DNA from: Geosiphon pyriformis uo1
Taxonomy: Eukaryota; Fungi; Glomeromycota
Length of the DNA: 64,000 nt
NCBI GenBank assembly: GCA_016748015.1
Contig: JAAOMT010000007.1
Coordinates: 46,035 to 110,034, forward strand
Direction of reading: 5' to 3'
Within the stretch, counting starts at the first letter, position 1, and each line of letters begins with the position of its first letter. Positions 53,400 to 64,000 of the stretch are shown piece by piece. Both the position numbers and the translations under genes were made by a program. The notes beneath the pieces are model-generated. The model had not been told where the DNA came from. It saw only the letters and a list, made by a program, of their open reading frames with translations, and did not search any database.

Positions 53400-55112
53400 A
53401 TATAATAAATGAAACATTTATCATTTATAGAAAATCTAGATTTTGAGATTTAACCAGCTTCTATATCTTATCCTTTCTCGGATAGCATCTTGTATCTAGT
53501 ATCTTTTCACATATATGTTGATTTAAGTTACAATTATCGTAAACAGCAATAACGCTTTGTTGTGAAGTTGTTCTGCAGTATCACGACAATATGACCATTT
53601 CCCGAATACATCAAAGCTTTTTCTCCTGAAATAATTTCACAGAAAATGATAGCAAAATTATATATATTGCTATACTTAGTATGAGAAGCCCCCTTGCAAA
53701 TCTCGGGTGCGAGATATTCAAGAACACCATAAATTTTGCCAGAACGTGAAAAGTGAGATCAGAAATAACAACTTTAAGGTATTTTGTTTCAAAATAAGGA
53801 TCTTTCTAGAGTGTAAATCCCCATGCAACAGACTTGGATTATGTATAAATCTTTAGACCACTAGTGATTTGAGTGTTCTCGTTCACCTTTAAAAAAGCTA
53901 TGAGATCCCCGTGTTCTGCAAATGGTAAAACCATAACAAATGCATCAGTTGTAATGTCTTTTGTAATCCGATAGCATTTAAGAATATATTTACAAGAAAA
54001 ACTCTTAAAATACGCAATAAACAATACAAATACAGTTTTAGTGATATTAAAAATTATATAGATTTTTTAAAAGAAAATACCTCATTTCTATGAATATATT
54101 CAATCTTTTGGCTATTTTTAAGAATTCTTCTTCTTTTCCATATACCTTCTTTAATAATGTTAAATCCTCCTTCTCCTACCACCTTATCTAAAAATATGAT
54201 CGCATTGGGTGAAAACCATTCTAGGTATTCCCTATAGCTTTCAGAAATTCGCTATGTGAATCCTATATACTGATCAATATTCTCATTTCCACTACACAAA
54301 TCTTGAATGATCCACACCAAAATGGATCTTTTATTCTGCAATAGTATTATAAACATTTCGGAAAGCTAGATTCCAATATATGTTTTTTAATTTAATCGGT
54401 GTTACAAAATGGACGCATAATGAAACCATCAATAATAATATCCAAGTTGCCATATGTAAGACACTTGAATTCTGGTCAAAGAAAGCTTCAAAATCTAAAA
54501 ATTCTCCTTTGGAATTATCGGCCCATTTTAAATCTCGATTTTGAAATTATAAAATGAGGATGTCCTTTAAACCAGGAAAATCACTATCATAATGTAAATT
54601 ATTTGCCCTTGCTTCTTTTAAATATAGTTGAACTGCTTTTTCTAAATGTTTTGTCGTGCCCCATCCATTTTGATAGTACCATCCAAGGTTATATTGTGGA
54701 CTTATATTTTCCGTCTCTGCTGCTTTTGAATGGAGTTCAAATGCTTTTTCCTCAATCTTGTGAGGCACCAATTCCATTGCTGTTATGATTACCTAAAAAT
54801 AATTGCCCAAAAGAATCTTCTGCGTTGAAATTCTAAAAATGCTTTTGTTAGATTAGGAATAGTTCCAATCCTATGTTCTAAAGAAAAGCCGAGCAAAATA
54901 TAGTCTACCGAACGCTTTGAACTTTTATTTTTCAAATAATAGAATAATCTTCAGCTGTTTTGTGATTGTGCACAAGATATATTTCACCAAGTCAGTAAAT
55001 TTTGAATATTCCCTAGCTGGAAAAATGTCCACGTTTTCTTTCATGACAATCAATGCTCCTTCGAGCCAGTCAAGGGTTGAAGTGCGTTTTCGATTGATGA
55101 AGTTGAAGACAT
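53400..55112 (-). pseudogene. Sel1-repeat plus protein kinase (TKL-like) pseudogene
   Basis: Sel1 repeats (LLGFSLEHRIGT, QYNLGWYYQNGWGTTK.LEKA); kinase SGNENIDQYI, YLEWF...VGEGGF, MVLPFAEHGDL, LHGDLHSRKIL, YGVLEYLAPEI; frameshifts and stops throughout. Confidence 0.85.
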
Positions 55113-55342
55113 GATTTGAATATTTTGTATAGGTTAATAAGGATATTTAAAGAGTTCGTCTTGCTAATCATCCTTGCTTTAAGATAATGTATTTTTGAAA
55201 TATGATCAATTTAAAACTTAATGTAGAATTTGATGTACTTAGCAGAATAAAGAACGGTTAGCTTTGATAAAAAAATCATGTAAAGAAAAATATTTTTATC
55301 AAGTGTATTAAACTATACCATCGTGACAATCAACCACCTACA

Positions 55343-57452
55343 CTATGATCTTCTACTCCGCATTTTCTTGGGAGTACGCTGCGTGTTCGGGAGGTCGTAA
55401 TCGTCATCTACTCGCGGTTTGACAGCCTTTTTTTTCAGGGACTCCTTGAGAGCTTCGTTGCTGGTTAGGTTTACAATTTTTGAATGCCCCATGCATCGCA
55501 TGATCCGAAACTGAATAAATCAAAAACTGTAAATATGGGCTATACTGGTTGATAAATAATCCATGAAACATACCTTCGCAACAAGTACATCGTGAATCAT
55601 GCCGATTAGATGGTCGACTTCGGTGAGAGTTGCTGGGATCTTAGAAGAAGGATATCTTCGAATTCGGCACATGTAGCCAGACGGAGTATCCAATACAAGT
55701 ATTTGAAGTTGTTGTGCTTGTCAAAATCATATAAATCAGTTAAAGATATTCAGCATACACGAGAAAGACGTGAGGAAAACATATTAACAAAGCACCTACC
55801 AGAGTGCAGGAAGCCCACGATCTCCATCTGGCGAGACCTCACGAAATTGATACCATGCTTCCTCAATTTCTGATGTAGCATATCCAGCATAACTTTGGGT
55901 AACTTTAGGGACTCATCAGCTAAATATTTGGTGCCATCTTTTCCAGTCCAGTCTCGACCTTCCTCGCTGATTCCATACTCTTCAGATGATCCTAACTCCC
56001 GCACAATCCCATCACATTTGCGCCCAAGCAACTTCTTTACATTGGAGTTGTTTCTGCCAAAGTTCTTTCGCTCTCCGGAAGCACGAGAACAGCCTTCGCC
56101 TCTGAAAAACAAAATTTAGTATAAAATAAACCTGGAAGCAAATGGTAAAAACAAAATAGAAATGGCATTGTTTACCTGATAAATTCAATGATCTCGAGAC
56201 CAACAAAACAGGCATCAATAACAATGCTCCAGATGTTACTTGTAAACCACCCCTCCAGATGGGATGTGGTAAAGTCACTCGATCTCAGCTCATATCTGGG
56301 AAGACTAGCAACCACAAAACTCATAAGATAAAAATATATTTATAACAATATATTTATAAAGCAACCAATCACTCACAGTTGTGAAAAAACCTGATGAATA
56401 TAATGGTGGTTAAAATGCTTCTTAGGATCATATGGAGAGATGCTGATACCAGCATTGACTATTTTGCGCATTTCTTGAGTCTCAAACTAAGGAAAAAATA
56501 GAAGCGTGCTTAAAAGTGATTAAATAGCAAGTAAAAAAAAAAAACTAATATATGTCTCCCTTTACTTGCCTTACGATACTTTATTAAATAGTCCATTAAT
56601 TCATCTTCAATTTCAGGGTCAGGAAGAACACGGAAGCTCATGATATGCTCTTTATCCTGTGTGCTGAAGAGGTTCATGACAGTTGCATCGCTGGTATCGA
56701 TAATGAAACTGTGTACTGAACTGATAAATCAAGAATGTATGGTTAGACAGCAGCATGATAACAGATCATTTTAAGATACTCACCTTTCATGGGCCAAGTT
56801 TTTGGCATATTCATATAACACATCCTCAATATATTTTCCTGATGGCAGCTTCCATTTTGTATCTTGACGCATCTCCATATATTTTTTTTTGAACTCCAGC
56901 TTTGCACCCTTATCCATGGAACTGACATTATCCTCTACCTCATCCTGATCATCGTCGTCGTTTCTTTCTTCTAATTCAGTAGCATTCCCAAGTGATCCTT
57001 TAAGATCTTCTTTGTTGCTCTCCTCGTCAAAGCTCTCGTCTAAATCATCGCTCTGTATAGACGTCGACTTAATATCACCGCTAGTACTGCTTTCCGCGTG
57101 GGCTGTCTTTTTAGTTAGAGCTTTGTCGACTGACTTCTGCCGGAAGAGCCAAAAAAGTTCAGGTCAACAAAGCTCAGACGCAACAAATTAGCAGCGAAAA
57201 CACGTTTCACCAAACCTTCTTTTGCTCCGGGACAGACTCAAAACTAGAAAAATAAGTGTTGATTGAATTTTTATATGCGCCTTTTTTATAAAGTCGCTTG
57301 ATCTTGACGCACTTGGGGTCGTCATTTTTGGCGAGGGCATCAAGCCATTTTGAAATGGCCTTTGTCGTCTTGTAGTTAAATTTTTTGAAAAAGGCCACTG
57401 GCGTGGGTAATTCGTTCGTGCTAAAGAAATCTATCTCTTCTTGCAAAATCAT
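55343..57452 (-). CDS. Intact 8-exon gene, 530 aa; fungal family with a putative PD-(D/E)XK (Crinkler REase-like) nuclease domain
   Basis: Exons 57452-57216, 57136-56784, 56720-56570, 56486-56377, 56304-56176, 56101-55800, 55716-55574 and 55510-55343 join in frame (1593 nt, TAG end); six GT-AG introns and one GC-AG; motifs WKLPSG..IED.LY, HSFIID, GEGCSRASGERKN, GRKCDGIVR...EYGISEEG, LKLPKVMLDML. The nuclease assignment is inference. Confidence 0.88.
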
Positions 57453-57548
57453 GGAGCCTCGGTGATTGAAATAGTTGAAGGAAAAGGTATAAAAACTTTT
57501 GAGTTTTTTGCTTGAGAGGTGTAAATGGGGTTGGAGTTTTGGTGGCGG

Positions 57549-57921
<373 letters not shown>

Positions 57922-60900
57922 ATTGGTGTCGGTTTGATTACAAATTATAAATGAGTCATTATCATTAACATTTATTCATATACGGTGGTTTTTATAGATT
58001 ACGGATTCCAAGTTAAACGTGAGCGATTATGCTTTGATCTTGAGCATTCGATTTTTTTATGCAGCTTTTTATTATAAACAACGAAAAATATGTGGAATTT
58101 TTATATTTACCCCAGATAGCTTTTTAAATGGATTGAGAATTTAAAAAGAGCAAAGATAATTACTTATATTTCTTTAATTAATTATTATTATTTTTCTAGT
58201 CATACATTGCTATTCTTATAATTAGTTTCTTAGTAATTTTGACATTTAATTAATTCAGTTACTTGTTTCGTGTTCAAATTACTTTTTTCACCAGTCAAAC
58301 GAATGATTTAAATTTTAACTTTTAAAGTAATAGCGACTATGAATATGTTTTAAATATATATTAATTAATAACTACATCAATATATATGTTTATCTTTGTT
58401 TCATCTAAATGCTGTATATTTTCTTATGTAAACTTTGATTGTAATGATTAAATTAGATGTATAACTAAAATTTGGATTTAATTAGATTGAAAAATAGCGA
58501 TAAGATTCATTTTAATGCATATAAATTTTCATTAAATTTCTTTTTAGTCTTAAATTATAAATTTTAAAATTAACTCATTGTTTTGATAAATGTTTAGCTT
58601 TTTTAATAATTTCATTTCTTGCTAAATTAGCATAATATTAATTAAATTAAATTAAATTTTGTTCTCCTTTAATTTTATTTGTTTATTTATTTTTAATCCT
58701 TGACGAAAATAATGGTTGTTTAATTTTTGAAATTCTTTTATTTGTAAAATTAAATTTTAAGTAAAACTGCATGTATGCAAATGACATTTCGTTTGAACAT
58801 TATGTTTTCTTTAATTGAAATTCTTTTTCTTTTTTCAATAAAGAGTAGTTCAAACCGCATATAAATCTGTTTGTTCCTAATACTGTATAAAAAAATATTT
58901 GAAATTCAGTTATGTGCAACACCCATTTCGAAAGTGAAATCAAAGTTTTATGAAAATTCCGAAACCTTTAATCATCGAGAAATTTATATAATATGTGTGG
59001 CACCAAATCGTTTTAAGAATGGTAATTTGCAATTTGAAAAATCACCAGACTAGCTTCCAGAAAGAGTGGCAACTGTGCATATGGGAACATATATTGGTTT
59101 CTTAATATCTTTTCAAGGATATAGTAGTTAAAATACATCTAATAGTTGAAAGAAAGTAAAATTCTATTTCTGAAATTATGTCAGATAGTTCAAATTTGGT
59201 ATTAAATATTTGAATCTGAATAGTTTTTTTCAAATTCATAAATCTTTTCGTCAATTGATTATAAAGAATTTTTATTGTGGTAAATTTTGGTTAAAAGGTA
59301 AATATTTATGATCCAAGCGAAAAATAAATTTAATAAATTTAGATAATTATTTTTTTGGCAGTAGTTTTATTAGTCTTTTTGCTATTTTACAAAGTATAGA
59401 TTATCTCTCTTATCTCAATCTTCTTACAATCACTATTTTTTAAAATATACATATGTAATATTATGTCCTTGGTTGTAAGCTTTATATTTTTTAAATAGTA
59501 TGAACAAATAAGTAGAAATTTCTCATGGGAAATTATTATTTACACACTTAAAAAGTTGAACAAGTTGTCCAAAGACTCAAGCAAAAAAAAGATGACATAA
59601 GCTGAATGTAGTAAACAAGAATTTTTATTCTGAAAATAGATAAAAATTAATTCATTTAAATGAAACTTTCAAATATAGTTCTATTTTTTTTAAATAGTCT
59701 TTGATAGAATTTTTTCTCAAAATACCACTTCCTTTTGATCACTGTGCAAAAAAATATACATTTAGATTTAGCCAAAATCAAAAATGCAAAAGAATTTAGT
59801 TCGGTCTAAATCATTCAATAATTTATATCATAAAAATAAATACACACCCCAAAATGTTTTTCAATAAAAAGAAACAGATATAAGTGGACACAGAAAGAAA
59901 AAAACCAAATGTAAGCAATTATTAATAAACATATAAAATTATCAGGAAAACACTGCTTTAATAAAATAAATCATTGTTTGCTTTTAATATTTACATTTCT
60001 GTTGTAAAATTATTTCAAGTTTTTGGCAATACAAAAATTAATTCTATGTTTAATTAATGTCATCTCTTTTAAAAAAAAGGGTAAATGTTTTTTTATTTTT
60101 AAAATGGGAAAATTGCTTTTTAACCAAACATATTACAGATTTATTATTAAACCATTATTTTAAATTGTATGTTTAGATATTACAATTTTCCTCCTAAAAG
60201 TAAAATTTCTCTCTCTAAACAATTAACTATTATAAATATTTTTTTGGTGTCTCACAAATATAAAAAACTTTTATTTACATATCTGATTTTAAAAGATTAA
60301 AATCAATGCCAAATATTACTCATCTCAAAAAAGCTTTATAAAAACACAAAAAATTCCTTATTGATTTTCATTTGTTCGCAATATTACACATATGTATTTC
60401 TCTTGATTATTTTTTAAAAAAGGCAAGAAAGTCTTTTTTTGCAATTGTCAATTATTTTGATAGAAAAAAAGCATAATAGTCAACCAACTTTGCACGACTA
60501 ATTTATAGTTAAAATTTGAAAAATTGAAAAGAAAAAAATAAAAGCAGTAGAGAAGCACATTTATTTAGTCTTAGCTTTAAAAAAATAAAATTACTGAATG
60601 TTTTAATAAAAGAGCATAAAAGTTTTCTTAAGTATTAGCAATTAAAAAAATTTAAAATTAGTGTGTATTAATTAGCAATTTTTTGTCTTTTATTGCTATA
60701 GACTGATAACTTAAATGTCTCTTCTTTAAGCAGTATTTTGTTAATTCTAACTATTTGCTAACTTAATTTGAAAAAAGTTAATTGTTTACTTCTTTTTTTT
60801 TACTTAGCTGCTTCTAAAATATTAACCAAAAAACACTTTTTTCCCAGACTAACTTTTTTAAGTTTTTATAAAAATCAGATTTTACTTGCAAATCTAATTG

Positions 60901-61066
60901 TTTATTGTGGTTTGGTTTTTTTTTATTAAAATTATATTCAAGCTATATTTATAATTTGCTAAATTGTTATAAGTCAATAATACTTGACAGAAAATTAATT
61001 AAGCTAATTAACAAGTGTTTATTTATTAATTATAAAGAATATTAGTTTAATAAATAAAAAATTATG

Positions 61067-61369
61067 GAAAAGTTTTTTCTTAAATAAGTAGAAATAGATT
61101 TTGATTTGAATCTTTATTCAAGTGCTTAATTCAAAAAACAATTCTTGGTTAAAAGCTTTTTTTAGAAAAATAAGTTTTTAAAATAGTCCAGTTGGTAAAA
61201 TTTTTAACTGTTGTTGTTACTTCAATTATTATTAATTATAATGCTATAATTCTGCTTTTTTTGAATACTAAAATAATTAGTTAAATAACAAAAAAGACCA
61301 TAAAAAAATTGGAAAAAAATGTGATTATAAATTGGTCAAATAAATAATAGTATTTTTAATACAGATATT
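61067..61369 (+). repeat. Left arm of a perfect inverted repeat (partner 63698-64000)
   Basis: 303 bp; read base by base it is the exact reverse complement of 63698-64000. Confidence 0.95.
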
Positions 61370-63697
61370 AATGTTTTTACTAATGATATAAAAAACAAAT
61401 ATAATTAAAAAAACACAAAAATTTGACTTTTTTATTTGCTAATTGAGTTTTAAATAAAAAAATTTAATTATTTATAATTTTTTTTAAATACTTTTTTTAT
61501 TAAAAGTAAATACTTAATAAAACTATTTTTCTAAATAACTTAACCAAAATATTTTATAAGTAATACTTATTTTCTAAAAACTGAGATTATTATAGTTTTT
61601 AATTGTTTTTTTAACTAATTGCTATTAATTTTTTACCACATAAATAAAAATTTGTTTAATTATAAAATTATTTAATAGTATTATATTGTTTTACTAGTTT
61701 TACTTTTTAAAACAAATAATAGCTCAGTATATTTTTTACTCCTTTTAAATACAATTGCAAACAAAAAACATGTTTTTTTTAACAAGTTTAAACAAAAAAG
61801 TTTTATATAAATTTAACAAATTAACTTATTAATAAAAAAATAAATTTAAAAATCTAACTTTTTAAGTTGATTAAGTTATTATTACTGGTTTTTATTAAAA
61901 ATAACAATTATAATTTTTTACAAAAAAAATTGCAAAAAAAGTTAAGCTTTAATCTAAACTAAAAATTTTATTTACTATTTTTTACTTATTAATAACTTTA
62001 TTTATCTTTTTTATTAAAACAAGTAAAAGAAATCTAATTTAAAATAATAATACATTTTTAAAAATATAAAATTATGTGTTTAAGTATCTTTTAATAATAA
62101 GTCAAAAAATAATTTATTTTAAAATTTTGCGAATTTTTTTCTTCAAAGAAAGTATATTAAATACCAAAAATATATTAAACTTATATTATTTCAAAAAAAG
62201 TAGATATTAAATTTTAATATCTTATAACTTTAAATATTTTGAAATGTAATTAAAAAATAAATATTATTTCAAATTTAAAAAACCTTGGAAATTTTTTTTT
62301 AAATTATATGTTTATTTTGTAGAAGTAATAATTTAGTATTAAAACTTTCAAAAAAGTAATTTATATTTTAAATTATTTTACTATTATACAATTTATTAAA
62401 AATATATTTGTTTTTTTACATGTATTATAATTTTATTTAAAATTCAATATCTAATTTTTAAATAATAAGTAATATATATATATAAAGTAAATTTTTGATT
62501 TTTAAACAAAATAAGCTGAATTTTATAAGCTTAATTTGTTATAATTTATTAAAATATGGTTTTTAAGTAATAAAATATATTAAATAAAATGGTAGTTTTT
62601 TGCATTATTTAAAATTTTAAAAATAAGTCAAATATTCAATAAATTAATAAAAATATGTATTTACTTTTATTTAATTTATAAATTTTTTTTATTTGTAAAC
62701 TTATAAAAATATTTAGCAATTTTTCAATATAAAAAATTTTAAAATTACTTATAAGTATTTTTTAAAACCAAAATTTTATTTTTAATAAATTGTGTTTTTA
62801 ATTTATTGTATTCTTTATTATTATTTTATTTATTTTACTTTTATTATTCTAAATATAAAATGTTTTATACTTCATATTTCCAAATACTTAGAGTTTTATT
62901 TGATTTTAAACTTAATATTTATAAACAAAATTCAAAATAGTTAAGAATCTTATATTATTAAGTTTTAACATAGATACTTTATTAATAATTGAATTAACTA
63001 CTTTTAAGAAAATAATTTTAAATAATAATTTAAGTCAAATAAAATTTTTAATAACTTATTTTAAAAAATCTTTAAAATACTTAAATCTTTATAAAAAAAC
63101 TTAAAATTAAACATAATTTTAAAAGTTTAATAACTTTTTAATGCTAAATATATATATAATTTTAGTAAAAATAAAAAACTTTTTATTTATTAAATTATAT
63201 TATAGGTTTGTTTTTAAAAAAAAAGAAAAAAAAATAATCATATATATTTTTTATATTTAATATAATTTCTTTTATTAGTGTTATAAATTGCCTAAACAAA
63301 AAACAAGTGTTTTAAATATTTGCAAAGTTATATTATTAGAAAATACAACTTTGTATTAGTTATATTAACAATAATTATATATTTATTATAAAGAATGGTT
63401 TGGTATTTTTAATAAAAAAAATATACTTAAGCAAAATAACTGTGTAATTTTGTTTTAAATACTTATTTTGAATAGTTTATATATTGATTTTAACGCTTGA
63501 ATGTATTTTTTAAATTATGTTTTAATTTTAATTTTAATTTTAATAAAACAATTTGTATAAACTATTTAATAATTTGATTTAAAGTAAGTTTGTGTCGATT
63601 AATTTTACCAAATTAACTATTATTTTTTTGTTCTGAAAATATAAACTTGTTAAATTTTGTTATTGAATACAGACTTTGTAAAAATAGCCAAATTCTA

Positions 63698-64000
63698 AAT
63701 ATCTGTATTAAAAATACTATTATTTATTTGACCAATTTATAATCACATTTTTTTCCAATTTTTTTATGGTCTTTTTTGTTATTTAACTAATTATTTTAGT
63801 ATTCAAAAAAAGCAGAATTATAGCATTATAATTAATAATAATTGAAGTAACAACAACAGTTAAAAATTTTACCAACTGGACTATTTTAAAAACTTATTTT
63901 TCTAAAAAAAGCTTTTAACCAAGAATTGTTTTTTGAATTAAGCACTTGAATAAAGATTCAAATCAAAATCTATTTCTACTTATTTAAGAAAAAACTTTTC
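63698..64000 (-). repeat. Right arm of the perfect inverted repeat; runs off the window end
   Basis: Reverse complement of 61067-61369. Confidence 0.95.

Noticed and set aside
55610-56119. Plus-strand ORFs 55610-55873 and 55895-56119
   Set aside because: Antisense shadows of the spliced minus-strand gene
59050-59900. Possible second kinase relic on the plus strand (HKLNVVNKNFYSEN resembling H..DFHSGN)
   Set aside because: Only one weak motif; no consistent gene model could be built
61067-64000. TIR transposon or MITE bounded by the inverted repeat
   Set aside because: Outer ends and TSD are not visible, there is no transposase, and the arms are decayed AT-rich sequence rather than typical TIRs

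Overview
Very AT-rich eukaryotic genomic DNA that is mostly a nested transposable-element graveyard. The intron style, the Sel1+kinase gene and the TE families suggest a glomeromycotan or related fungus, possibly Geosiphon-like (inference, not verified). Contents: (1) the 3' half of a Ty3/Gypsy LTR retrotransposon (1-4012), a solo LTR (27283-28175) and a non-autonomous two-LTR element (33878-37070) of the same LTR family; (2) four decayed RNase H-bearing LINEs (4013-7679 +, 19996-26740 -, 31505-41532 +, 43331-~49740 -); (3) a complete but mutated DD34E Tc1 element (50912-52177) and two older DDE transposase relics; (4) a bromodomain pseudogene and a Sel1-repeat/kinase pseudogene; (5) one apparently intact 8-exon, 530-aa gene with a putative PD-(D/E)XK nuclease-like domain (55343-57452 -), with an (AGT)n microsatellite just upstream; (6) a perfect inverted repeat of at least 303 bp at the window end. 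Repeats show heavy C>T/G>A decay. The most unusual item is a head-to-tail array of a 173-nt unit (17755-18446, plus a fifth diverged copy). The unit starts exactly at a splice acceptor and folds by eye into a multi-helix structure, so it is a candidate retro-integrated circular/structured RNA multimer. All analysis was by eye; no searches or folding programs were run.
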